Assembly: GCA_965217585.1 (NCBI GenBank)
Contig: OZ244561.1
Coordinates: 3,712,001-3,776,000, forward strand
DNA: 64,000 nucleotides
Source: Candidatus Latescibacterota bacterium
Lineage (GTDB): Bacteria; Latescibacterota; UBA2968; UBA8231
Direction of reading: 5' to 3'
Positions 43,091 to 52,870 of this stretch are shown here, piece after piece (the stretch's first letter is position 1; each line of letters opens with the position of its first letter). Made by a program: the position numbers and the translations under genes. The notes under the pieces were generated by a model. That model saw only the letters and a list, made by a program, of their open reading frames with translations. It searched no databases and was not told where the DNA came from.

Positions 43091-45919
43091 ATGTCCAATG
43101 CAGGCCACATTATCGCGGCAATCCTAGTCCTCGAACTGACGACGCTGGTTGGCATCTGCTCGTCCGCCCCTCCAGTCGACGAGGATCGCTTTATTCGCAA
43201 GGCACCGGCCTATCAGAATCTCGGCGTACGGGGATACGAGCGCTATCCCGAATTCACCCAACTCAGGCCGGTTTACAGCCGCATTGGAAGCTACGTGGGA
43301 CACGGCAGTTACCTGGTGCAATGGGACGAGATACGCGAGCGCTACATGGGGGAGAAGATGGAGGCGGGCAACAGCATGCTGGATACCCGGGCCCGGAGCG
43401 TCGTCTTCAAAGACGATCCGGGCCTCAACCCTTTCGGGGGGGTCTCCATGTCCCACGAAGGCTGGAAGGGACGCGGAGCTTCCTTCTTTGTGGGCCGAGG
43501 GCCCATAACCACCTTCAGTTCCCTGATTTTATACCACACGGACTTCAGCGGGGCCCGCATGGATTTTTCCCTGGCTTCCAACGACCTGACCTTGCTGTTC
43601 TCGCGCGGGGGGCTTTCGGAGCGCGGCAGCTTCACCGACTTCGACGGCACTACCAGCGGCATCGTCTCGACCAGTCCGGTGCTGCTCTACGGCGCCAACT
43701 GGCGCGGCAGCTTCGGAGCCCTCGACCTGGGCAGCACCTTCCTGCGCCAGGTTCAGTCGAGCCTCAAAGGGGATCGCGAGACCTTGTTCAGAGGCGATGT
43801 GCCCTACCCCGAGTTGCGCCAGCCCAAAACCATCACCGTGCGGTTTAGCGACGACTCTCCCCGGGATCCGTACGGCACCGCGGTCTACGAGGTGGAGGTC
43901 TTTGTCAAGGCCAGAGAACAAGACCAGATCTACACCAGTTCGAACGAGGCCACAGGTCCCGGCACGATCTACCGGGCCGACCTCGAGCCGGTAGTACCGA
44001 TCCGCAATGCCGGGGATCACTGGGAGGTACAGGGGGCGGGCGCGGCCATCGATTTTGTTTTTTCCCTGCCCGCGGACCTCGAGGCCGAGTGGGTCGAATT
44101 CGCCGCGACCGTGGCGGGCGACTACCGGATCGGGCTGCGCCAGATGCACGACTTTGAAAACCCCAGGTCGGGCGCGATCGAGCAGCGTTCGTGGCCCTCG
44201 CCTCCGACCCGCAACCGTTTCAATATCGACTTCAAGGACAATCCCTACGAAGCCGAGCCGTTCTACACGGTGAAACGAGCGGAGCGCACCCCGGCCCTGG
44301 ACGCAGAGCCCACTGTGGTGCGCTTCCAGCACGCCATCCCTACGGCGCAGACCTTCTACGGGGTCAACGGCCGGATCAATGCCGAAGCCCTTTTCGCAGA
44401 GGCTGAATTCGTCCTCAACCCTCAGGATTTCATCTTCCCGATCAAGGGGGGGAAGCGCCAGAGAGAACTCTCCTACGCCGGCTTCCTGACCCTGAAAAAG
44501 GACCTGAAGGGCATCGGGTTGGGGGCCGAACTCTACCGCATCCAGCCGACCTACGGAGGGTGGTACGACAGCCGGCGCGGCGGGGCGGTGTTCTTTTCCG
44601 ACCTGACTGGAGACGCGACCGCCGGAGAGGCTGCCAACCTCCAGGCTTCGACCCAGGAGTTCTCGCTCTACTCGGACAACGACGACCACGATCCCTGGCC
44701 GGACGACTTCGTGCCGGTGGATTTTCCCTACGTGCCCAAAGGCGCTTTTGAAGGGGTTGAATCTCTGGGCCCCCGCCCCGAAGCCGGTGTCTATCCAGGT
44801 CTGGATATGGACGGCGATCGGGTCTACGACATGGACCTCAACCGCAATGGAGTAGGGGACTGGTTCGAGCCGTTCTTCGCCTACGAAACCGATCCGCCGG
44901 AATTCGTCTACGGCATCGATTTCAACAACAATGGGATGCCCGATTTTCGCGAAAACGACAACGAACCGGACTATCCCTATCGGCGCGACCAGCGCGGCTA
45001 CCACCTCTTCTTTGATCTGAACAGGCGGCCCGACTGGCTGGACCGGGCGGCGGTGGGTCTGTACCGAGCGCGCGAGATCGCGGCGGGAGGGACCAGCCGG
45101 GGGCTCTACGCCCGGGTTGCGGCCCACGCCACCCTCTTGGGCGTTTCCCTGGGCTTGTTCGACGATATCAAGCGAGTCGAAGACGATATCGGCGACGATG
45201 TGTACCGCTTCGTGCTCACCAGCGATACGGATCTGTTCCGCCATTTCAACACCAGCGCCACGTTGCCGCCGCCCGATCCGTTGCTCATGCGCGACAGTGT
45301 GGTCAATACTCTGTTTTTGGAAACCCGCTACACTCCGTTGCGCTACCTAGAAATCGCCAACAACTTTAAATACCTAGTCAACCGGCGGGGAGAGGTACTG
45401 GATCGCCAAGAGGAATTCCTGCAGGATGGGCGCACCCTGCACAATTTCACTATGGTCAACAAGGCGCAGTACTTTCTGCAACCCTTCGAGGCGCTGCAGG
45501 TGGTCTTGCGGGCCAAGCACCTGCTGGTGAAGTGGGACGAGGAAAGCTACAACTTCAGGTACGTGATCTCCGCTCCGAGCGATACCTTGCTGGCCAATCC
45601 CAAGGCTTCGTGGTCGATGATCACACCCAGTTTGAAGGCGCGCTATCACCTCACGCCGCGCACCCGTCTGGAGTACGGCCAGGCCGGCTTTTTCATCCCG
45701 GCGCTGCGGGTTCGCTTCCACGACCGCGAGGACCCGGCCGCCAGTTATACCTCTAATATTTCCATCCTACAGTTGACCATGCAGGGGATTCACCAAGGGT
45801 ATGAGGTGACTACCAACGTCGGCGTGCGGCGAGAGCTGGTCAATTACGACGCGAAGGCAGAGCGCCCTAAAGAGCAATTCAGTGCCTTTTTCGCCGATGT
45901 GGTATTCGGGCTGGAGTAG
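43091..45919 (+). CDS. ~940-aa putative outer-membrane protein with acidic insert (paralog 3)
   Basis: Same motif set (DDSPRDP, DNDDHDPWPD, GIDFNNN, PDYPY), ends FFADVVFGLE. Confidence 0.72.
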   Translation: MSNAGHIIAAILVLELTTLVGICSSAPPVDEDRFIRKAPAYQNLGVRGYERYPEFTQLRPVYSRIGSYVGHGSYLVQWDEIRERYMGEKMEAGNSMLDTRARSVVFKDDPGLNPFGGVSMSHEGWKGRGASFFVGRGPITTFSSLILYHTDFSGARMDFSLASNDLTLLFSRGGLSERGSFTDFDGTTSGIVSTSPVLLYGANWRGSFGALDLGSTFLRQVQSSLKGDRETLFRGDVPYPELRQPKTITVRFSDDSPRDPYGTAVYEVEVFVKAREQDQIYTSSNEATGPGTIYRADLEPVVPIRNAGDHWEVQGAGAAIDFVFSLPADLEAEWVEFAATVAGDYRIGLRQMHDFENPRSGAIEQRSWPSPPTRNRFNIDFKDNPYEAEPFYTVKRAERTPALDAEPTVVRFQHAIPTAQTFYGVNGRINAEALFAEAEFVLNPQDFIFPIKGGKRQRELSYAGFLTLKKDLKGIGLGAELYRIQPTYGGWYDSRRGGAVFFSDLTGDATAGEAANLQASTQEFSLYSDNDDHDPWPDDFVPVDFPYVPKGAFEGVESLGPRPEAGVYPGLDMDGDRVYDMDLNRNGVGDWFEPFFAYETDPPEFVYGIDFNNNGMPDFRENDNEPDYPYRRDQRGYHLFFDLNRRPDWLDRAAVGLYRAREIAAGGTSRGLYARVAAHATLLGVSLGLFDDIKRVEDDIGDDVYRFVLTSDTDLFRHFNTSATLPPPDPLLMRDSVVNTLFLETRYTPLRYLEIANNFKYLVNRRGEVLDRQEEFLQDGRTLHNFTMVNKAQYFLQPFEALQVVLRAKHLLVKWDEESYNFRYVISAPSDTLLANPKASWSMITPSLKARYHLTPRTRLEYGQAGFFIPALRVRFHDREDPAASYTSNISILQLTMQGIHQGYEVTTNVGVRRELVNYDAKAERPKEQFSAFFADVVFGLE

Positions 45920-45924
45920 GAACC

Positions 45925-48726
45925 ATGGGCAAAAGTACATGGCAGTGGAAAGTGTTGCAGGCTCTGCTGGGAGTAGCCGTACTGGTCTCCCTAGCCCAGA
46001 GCCAGAGACTGACCCGTGCCGCGCCCGACCGCGGGTTCCTGCACGTGGACAACCCCATTGGTTACCAGAGTTATGCCCTCGAACCCTATGTGCTCTATCC
46101 CTCTTACACGCGCCGGGTGCCGCGCTACGATCGCATGGGCAATTTTCTCACGGTGGGCGAGTTGGCCTACTCGGTGGACGAGGCGCGTCCGGGGCTCAGT
46201 CAGTTCGGGGGCGTGGCGCGCGGCCTGTACGCCCAGCAAATCACGCTCAATTATTCGGTCCAGCGGGACGCCTACAAAGGCGCCGGTTACAGCCTGATGT
46301 TACTGACCGCCAACCCGAACCTGGATGCCCGCCAGCTAGCCGAGGGAGTCCGCACTCGCTTTTCGCCTCTGACCCTCAACACCACCCGCTTCGCCGGGGT
46401 GCGGTTCGATATGCACGGGCTCCGCAACCAGTCCACCTTCATATACAGCCGCGGGGCAGCCGACCGGCTGCGCTTTTCGTTCTTCGCTCCCGGCCGGGAT
46501 GAACGTTCCCCGGTGATCCTCTGGGGCGGCCACTGGCAAAGCTCGATCGGTGCGGCCCTGAAAATAGGCACGACCTTCGTGAACCAGCACCTCACTGATA
46601 CCACAGTCAAGGAGGGCAGCATCTTCCGGGGCAACCTGCCCTACCAGATGCTGCCGCCCAAGAGGATATACGTGCGGGTGACCGATGACTCGCCGGGGGA
46701 TCCGGAGACGGCCGCGGCGGTGTATTCGGTAGCCGTGGTAGTCCACGGCTCCGATGCGGATGGAACCTCCCGCGTCTTGACCAATGACCCGGCCCTCGCC
46801 GGGGAGGGCATCGAGGTCGAGGCGGATATACAGCAGCGCTTTGTCGCTGGCCGGCGGGTCGGAGACCACTACGAGGCCCGCGGCGGGGATGAAATTATCG
46901 AGGTGGAATTCACCATGCCGGGAGACTTCGCGCCCCACAGAGCGGAATTCGTGGCTTCCATGGCTGGCGACTACAGGGTTGGGGTGCGCCAGGTGCATGA
47001 TTATATCAAGGAAGGCAGAACCACGGCGACCGAGAGTTCGTGGCCGGCCACGGCCAACCCGGTCCACTTCGAACGGGCCTTTCTCACCCGGTTCGACCCG
47101 CGCTATCCGACCGATTTCAAGTTTCCCGAACAGGACCCGGTCTACACTGTTCTGCGCGCCAAGGGCAATCAAGGCGACCTGTCCCAGCCCAAGACCTTGC
47201 GCTTCATCTACGGCATGCCCACGGCCCAGACCCTAGCCTCGCTCGATTTCGCCTTCGAGTACCAGGGTTACACCATGGATGGAGAGGTGGCCCTCAACGT
47301 CCAGGACTTCCGCTTCCCGGCGGTGGGGGGCGAGCGCAGCAACCAAGACTACACCGCCTATTTCCTGAAGGGTTCGGGTCCCGTTCCCTTCTTCCCGACC
47401 CGTTTCCGTCTCCAGCTCGGGGCCGAGGTCTTCGCTTTGCCTGCCGCCTACAGCGGCGGCTACGACTCCAAGCGGGGCGGGGCGATCTTCTTCACCGATG
47501 TCGCGCCTTCTCCGCCCGGGGCTCTGACCCAAGAGTTCAACCTCTACGACGACAACGACGACGGCGACCAGTGGCCCGACGAACACCCTAATGACAGCGC
47601 TTTCTCGGAGATCAACGACGCCGGCGTATTCCCGGGCCTGGATGAAGACGGCGACAATATCATCGACACCGACCGCAACGCCAATGGCAGGCCGGACTGG
47701 ACCGAGCCTTTTCTCTTCTTCCACACCGATCCTCCCGAGTTCATCTACGACGTGGATTTTAACAACAATACGCTGCCGGATATGACGGAAAACGATGACG
47801 AGCCGGACTATCCGTATCGCCGGGGCCAACGCGGTTTCCACGGCTTTGTGGATTTTCCCGCTCTGTTCAGGGGCTTAGAGCGCTTGGCTTTCGGACTCTA
47901 CAGGACCGAAGATCCGCGCGCGGGACTCGAAAGCGTGGGACGCTATGTTCGGCTCGACGCGCGCTACACCCATTCCACCTGGGGCTACATCGCTGTGACG
48001 GACGTGTTGAAATGGGTGGAGGACGACATCCCCGATGCCAGCTACATCTGGCAGGTGAGCGACGATCCGACGGTCAATATGCTGGTGGTGCAGAGCAAGG
48101 AGAGGGCCACGGAGGGAGCCCTGCTCGACCTGGTGCCCCCCCGGCCCGATCCCATGCTGATGCGCAACAGCATGGTCAACACTTTGTACATTGAGAGCTT
48201 TTTGACGCCTCTTCCCGGCTTGGCGGTGAAGGGGCGCAACAAACTGGTGCTCAACCGGCGGCACGATGACGAATTCGAGGATGGCAGCAGCCAGAAAAGC
48301 GGCACCGTCCTGCGCTGGACCCTGTCCAATCGCGCCGAGTACACCTACCCGGTGCGGCACAATCTGGTGGCGGGCGTAAGAGCCAAGCACCTGTTCCGCT
48401 GGGATCGGGGTTTCGGCGCTGCCGAGCAGGTGCGCTTTTCCACGCTGGGACCCAGCGCCGACCTCAGCCTGCAGGTGTCGCGCCGCGCGCAACTGGTGCT
48501 GGGACAGGAGGGATGGCCCTTGCTGCCCTTCCGCTTTACGGATCTGTCGGAAAGCGCCAACAATTACCGCCAGCGGACCACGCTGGCGCTGGTGCGGGTG
48601 GACTGGGATTACTGGGGCTGGAAGATGACGGTGGAGAGCGGGATGCAGTGGCAGTCGCGCAAAACAAAGGCCGAGAAGGAACTGGGGGAGAGGACCTTTT
48701 TCCTAGAGGGTTATGTCGGCTTCTGA
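45925..48726 (+). CDS. ~930-aa putative outer-membrane protein with acidic insert (paralog 4)
   Basis: Same motif set (DDSPGDP, DNDDGDQWPD, DFNNN, PDYPY), ends FFLEGYVGF. Confidence 0.72.
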   Translation: MGKSTWQWKVLQALLGVAVLVSLAQSQRLTRAAPDRGFLHVDNPIGYQSYALEPYVLYPSYTRRVPRYDRMGNFLTVGELAYSVDEARPGLSQFGGVARGLYAQQITLNYSVQRDAYKGAGYSLMLLTANPNLDARQLAEGVRTRFSPLTLNTTRFAGVRFDMHGLRNQSTFIYSRGAADRLRFSFFAPGRDERSPVILWGGHWQSSIGAALKIGTTFVNQHLTDTTVKEGSIFRGNLPYQMLPPKRIYVRVTDDSPGDPETAAAVYSVAVVVHGSDADGTSRVLTNDPALAGEGIEVEADIQQRFVAGRRVGDHYEARGGDEIIEVEFTMPGDFAPHRAEFVASMAGDYRVGVRQVHDYIKEGRTTATESSWPATANPVHFERAFLTRFDPRYPTDFKFPEQDPVYTVLRAKGNQGDLSQPKTLRFIYGMPTAQTLASLDFAFEYQGYTMDGEVALNVQDFRFPAVGGERSNQDYTAYFLKGSGPVPFFPTRFRLQLGAEVFALPAAYSGGYDSKRGGAIFFTDVAPSPPGALTQEFNLYDDNDDGDQWPDEHPNDSAFSEINDAGVFPGLDEDGDNIIDTDRNANGRPDWTEPFLFFHTDPPEFIYDVDFNNNTLPDMTENDDEPDYPYRRGQRGFHGFVDFPALFRGLERLAFGLYRTEDPRAGLESVGRYVRLDARYTHSTWGYIAVTDVLKWVEDDIPDASYIWQVSDDPTVNMLVVQSKERATEGALLDLVPPRPDPMLMRNSMVNTLYIESFLTPLPGLAVKGRNKLVLNRRHDDEFEDGSSQKSGTVLRWTLSNRAEYTYPVRHNLVAGVRAKHLFRWDRGFGAAEQVRFSTLGPSADLSLQVSRRAQLVLGQEGWPLLPFRFTDLSESANNYRQRTTLALVRVDWDYWGWKMTVESGMQWQSRKTKAEKELGERTFFLEGYVGF

Positions 48727-48741
48727 GCAGGAGGATGGCGG

Positions 48742-51700
48742 ATGTTTGCTTTGTTTGTTCTGATGGTGGGGCTGACGCTGGTAGGCGGGGGACTCACCCG
48801 TTTCAGCCTCACGGTCGACGAGATCAAGAGTCGCTTCGACCTGGCGCAGAAGTACTACGCGGCCAAGGACTACGAGAACGGGGTCACCATTTTCAAGGAA
48901 ATCGTCGAAACCCCCAATCGCGTCATTCTCGAGGTGGATACCATCACGGTGGAGATTGACGATCTCGTACTGCCGGTGCGCATCGCAGCTACCTACCAAG
49001 TGGGCAATAGCCTGCGCAATGTGGGGCTCGACCTGCTGGCGCGCTCGAATTCGGCGCGGGAAGAAGGCGATTCCCTGCTGGCGGAACAGCGGCGGGGAGA
49101 GGCCCTCGAGGCCCTCAAGGCAGCCCGCGAACACTTTTCCGCGATTGTGGCCGACGCAGGCGTGCCGCGCAATGTGCGGGTAATGTCCCAGTACCAGACT
49201 GTGCGGGTAACCTATGCCATGGAGGACTTTCCGGGCGTGGTCGAAGAAGTGGACCAGTTGTTGAGGCAGTTTCCGGGCAACCCGTACGAGGAAGCCGCGC
49301 TTTACGATCTGGGCTGGTCCTACTTCAGGATGGAGGATTACCTCAATTCGATCGCAACCTTCGAACGCGTCCTGGAACGGTCTGCGGATGCTGTGCGCCT
49401 AGATCGCGCTCTTTTCCAGATTGCGGAGGCCCATAGCGCGCTGGCGGCTTATCCAGAAGCTCTGTTCTGGTACCAGAAGCTGGTGGACAAGTACGATTTT
49501 TCCACATTGTCTGCCAAGGATCTCAGGGCCATGCAGACCGCGAAAATCCGGGGGGTGGTACAGGAAACCACGCGCGAACTAGTGGCCAAAGCCCAGATCA
49601 AGCTCGGGGATACCTATGCTCTCCAGGGGCGAGAGGAACAGGCTATCACAGCCTATTCCCTGGTGCCCCGGCGCTACCCCCAGGAAGTGTTTCTCGTCGA
49701 GCAGTCCTACACCCGTCTGGCCCGGCTGATCTTGGAGCGGCGCGGCCTAGATGAAGGGATCAGGGCGTACGAACAGGCCATACAAAGTTCCGCTCGCAAG
49801 GAATTCCAGGCCACCACGCAACTGCAGATTGCCCGCCTGCTCTTCGAAGCGCGGCGCTTCCAGAAGGCCATCATGGCATACCGGGTCTATCTGAAAGCCT
49901 ATGGAGGGGTGGCCCGCATAGTCGGATTTACCGAGGAGAAGGTGATTTTCAAAATCGCTGAGGCCCATCGCGAGCGGGGTCTGGAGATGCTGAAAGAGGA
50001 TGGCGGGGGCGCGCAGGGCGAATTCGAGAACGCCCTGGCGCACTACGACTCCCTGCTGGCGCAGTACGGAGCCAGTCCCCTGACGCCGGATGCCAAGTTC
50101 GGCAAGGGGGTGTGCTATCAGGGCCTCAAGCGGCCGGATTCCGCTCTAGTGTTTTTCCAGGATCTGGTCGAATCCCATCCATCCCACCTAGCTGTTCCCA
50201 GTGCCCTGCTGCAGATCGGCCGCTTGCTCTACCAGGCCGGAGCTTATCCCGGCGCAGCGGTGACCTACGAGCGGCTTATCGCCCAGTACCCGCAATCCGA
50301 ATTGATCGACGATGCGCGCGTGGAACTCGGGGTGGTCTACAAAGCCCAGGAGCGCTTGGGCGAGGCCGTGGTGATTCTCCAGCAGGTCAGCCGCGACTCG
50401 CCCAACTGGGTGAAGGTGCGGGTAGAGATCGGCGATATGCTGACGGCTGCCGGCCGTTACGAGGAGGCGCAGGATGAGCTGGACGGAGCCATAAGCTTGG
50501 CCGGAGACGATTCGGAAGCCATGGCCGCATTGCAGTACATCAAAGGAAAAATTGCCTATTCGCAGAAGAAGTACGCCGAGGCCCTGCCCGCCTTTGGCCT
50601 GGCCATCGACACCGCCGCCAATCAACAGATCATCTCCAGCGGGTTGTTCCTGCGCGGCCTGGCCCACTACGAAGTGGGCCGCCGGATGGATGCGGCCGGC
50701 GACAGCCTCGCCGGGACCCGGAACTTCGAACGTTCCACTCAGGACATGCGCCGGTTGCTGGAGGTAGATATCTCGCTACAGATGCGGAACATCGCCTACC
50801 GGACCCTGGGTACGGCCATGACGCGGCTGGGCCGCTCCGAGGAGACCATAAGGTATTATGCGGAACTCATCGCCAGCACCACCGATGCCCAGGAGCGCGT
50901 GGGGTTCGAACTGCTGCTGCTGGAGCTTTACTACGACCAGCGGCGCTTTGAGGAGGCCATCGAGGTGGGTGAGAAGTTGATACGGGAGGACTTTGAGGAC
51001 AATGACGAGATGGGCTATTTCCTCGTGGAGCGCGCCTACTCGATTCTGGCTTCGGCCCAACTGGAGCGCAAGCGCTATGCCGAGGCCCTAGCCGCCGCGG
51101 GTGTGGGACTGTCCAGGTACCCGCGTTCGGGAGAGCGCGCGTCCATGGCCTTTGTGATCGGCCTGGGACACTACTTCCTCCAGCAATATGCCGAGGCCGT
51201 TGCGGGCTTTGTCAACTACGTCGAGCAATTCCCCCGCGACAGGAGGCAGCTAGAGGGTTGCTACTACGCTGCGCAATGTTATCAAATTCTCGGCGAGTAC
51301 GGGAAAGCAGCGACCTGGTTCCGCAGGGTACTCGATCAATTCGGGCCTTCGGAATACGCGTCGGAAGCCCTCTTCCTCTGTGCCGAGAACCTCTACAATG
51401 CCCTGCAGTTCGAGGCGGCCCTGAACACCTATGAAGAATTGCTCGCCGACTTCCCGCACAGCGAGTATGCCGACGACGCCATGTACTCCTCGGCCTGGGC
51501 GCTCTTCGAATTGAAGAGGATGGAGGAAGGGGTGCAGCGCATGGAGCAATTGGTAGCCGGATTTACCCGCAGCATGCACGCGCCGAGGGCGCAATTCACC
51601 ATAGGCGATTATTACTACAGCATCAAGGATTACCGCAGAGCCCAAGAAGGGTATCGGAAGCTGGTGGATCTGTCTCCGGAGAGCCCCGAGGCCGGCCGGG

Positions 51701-52002
51701 CTGGGGAACTTATCATCGAGCTGGACGAGGAAATCGCCAGCCAGATTTACGACCGGGCCGTCGAGCACTACCAGCGGCAGGATTACCGCAAGGCCATCCA
51801 GCTCTATCAGGAGATTGCCGCGCAGTACCCCGCGACTTACACGGCCTTTGCGGCGCTGGGCAATATGGGGGTGGCGCTCGAAGACATAGGTGAGAAACAG
51901 CAAGCTGAACAGGCCTATAAACAGGTTATTGCGCGGGCCGGAGGTGATCCTGCATACGGGGAAGTCGTGGCCTTTGCCCGAGCCCGCTTGGGACACTTAT
52001 AG
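48742..52002 (+). CDS. Large periplasmic TPR protein (CpoB/BamD-like repeats)
   Basis: GGAGG RBS, N-terminal hydrophobic segment, many repeats ending (Y/F)PxS...A. Confidence 0.85.
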   Translation: MFALFVLMVGLTLVGGGLTRFSLTVDEIKSRFDLAQKYYAAKDYENGVTIFKEIVETPNRVILEVDTITVEIDDLVLPVRIAATYQVGNSLRNVGLDLLARSNSAREEGDSLLAEQRRGEALEALKAAREHFSAIVADAGVPRNVRVMSQYQTVRVTYAMEDFPGVVEEVDQLLRQFPGNPYEEAALYDLGWSYFRMEDYLNSIATFERVLERSADAVRLDRALFQIAEAHSALAAYPEALFWYQKLVDKYDFSTLSAKDLRAMQTAKIRGVVQETTRELVAKAQIKLGDTYALQGREEQAITAYSLVPRRYPQEVFLVEQSYTRLARLILERRGLDEGIRAYEQAIQSSARKEFQATTQLQIARLLFEARRFQKAIMAYRVYLKAYGGVARIVGFTEEKVIFKIAEAHRERGLEMLKEDGGGAQGEFENALAHYDSLLAQYGASPLTPDAKFGKGVCYQGLKRPDSALVFFQDLVESHPSHLAVPSALLQIGRLLYQAGAYPGAAVTYERLIAQYPQSELIDDARVELGVVYKAQERLGEAVVILQQVSRDSPNWVKVRVEIGDMLTAAGRYEEAQDELDGAISLAGDDSEAMAALQYIKGKIAYSQKKYAEALPAFGLAIDTAANQQIISSGLFLRGLAHYEVGRRMDAAGDSLAGTRNFERSTQDMRRLLEVDISLQMRNIAYRTLGTAMTRLGRSEETIRYYAELIASTTDAQERVGFELLLLELYYDQRRFEEAIEVGEKLIREDFEDNDEMGYFLVERAYSILASAQLERKRYAEALAAAGVGLSRYPRSGERASMAFVIGLGHYFLQQYAEAVAGFVNYVEQFPRDRRQLEGCYYAAQCYQILGEYGKAATWFRRVLDQFGPSEYASEALFLCAENLYNALQFEAALNTYEELLADFPHSEYADDAMYSSAWALFELKRMEEGVQRMEQLVAGFTRSMHAPRAQFTIGDYYYSIKDYRRAQEGYRKLVDLSPESPEAGRAGELIIELDEEIASQIYDRAVEHYQRQDYRKAIQLYQEIAAQYPATYTAFAALGNMGVALEDIGEKQQAEQAYKQVIARAGGDPAYGEVVAFARARLGHL

Positions 52003-52016
52003 CGAGGAGCAGCATT

Positions 52017-52766
52017 GTGGGACAAAGACTAGGGCAGATTTGCGTTTGGGTTATCGCGGGCGCGGCCGTCCTCTTGCAGTACGGGTGTCTGACTCCTTTG
52101 GGTGCCGTGTACCACGTGGGTATGACGCCCCGGCTCGAGGTGGACGAAGGTTTTAGCATCGATCCGGTCGACGATGCCCTAGTGTTCAGCAAAGAGGGCC
52201 TGCAGGTCAAGGTGCGCTACCAGACCGATGGAGAGTTGAAATTCGAGATCCCCGGCCCTGAAAACCCGTATGTGTTCGAGGAAGTCGACTCTAGGCTGGG
52301 GTACCGGCCCAAGGCCTTCACGGTCTTCCAGGTCGAGGTGGTCAATCCCACCTTTGCCAAGGTCCGCCTAGATCCGGAGAAGGCCGCCTTGATCACCGAC
52401 CAGGGCAAGAGATTGGACAGTTATGCCATCAACCGCACCGATGCCAGAGGAGGGGTGCGCAACTTCGAGGCCTATTTCCTGGCCCGGGGAGTGCAAACGG
52501 GCAATGCCCAGAAGGTCTATCTGGAGCGCATGGGCAAGGTCCGCGAGACCATCTACCACCGCGATTCGCCGGTCTTCAAGGGGAGAACCTACAGCGGCAA
52601 AATCATCTTTGCAGCTATTCCCCCCGAGACCAAGCAGGTGGAGCTGGTTCTCTACGATTTCATCCTCGGCTTTGGCATCGACGACGAACCCACCGAAAGG
52701 GTTACCTTGCGATTTCCATTTTCCGTGGACCAAGGCGTGCGGAAATCCCCAACAGAAAGGAGGTGA
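52017..52766 (+). CDS. Hypothetical lipoprotein
   Basis: GAGGAG RBS, GTG start, hydrophobic N-terminus ending YGC. Operonic position. Confidence 0.65.
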   Translation: MGQRLGQICVWVIAGAAVLLQYGCLTPLGAVYHVGMTPRLEVDEGFSIDPVDDALVFSKEGLQVKVRYQTDGELKFEIPGPENPYVFEEVDSRLGYRPKAFTVFQVEVVNPTFAKVRLDPEKAALITDQGKRLDSYAINRTDARGGVRNFEAYFLARGVQTGNAQKVYLERMGKVRETIYHRDSPVFKGRTYSGKIIFAAIPPETKQVELVLYDFILGFGIDDEPTERVTLRFPFSVDQGVRKSPTERR

Positions 52767-52870
52767 TGTACAGTGCTTTGGTGGTTTCAGGGTGGGAATC
52801 ACAGGGAAGTTACTCTACACGAGGTAGAGGAGAACAACAGAAACACTCACTTTTTGGAGGAGGAATCATC

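Noticed and set aside
43529-45244. 571-aa antisense ORF (also 60189..61949, 41222..42610, 25805..27142)
   Set aside because: Shadow ORFs opposite well-supported genes in GC-rich DNA, with no recognisable motifs.
40208-48726. Classical TonB-dependent receptors / SusC
   Set aside because: No recognisable TonB box, plug-domain or SusC signature motifs. Not fully excluded without structure prediction.
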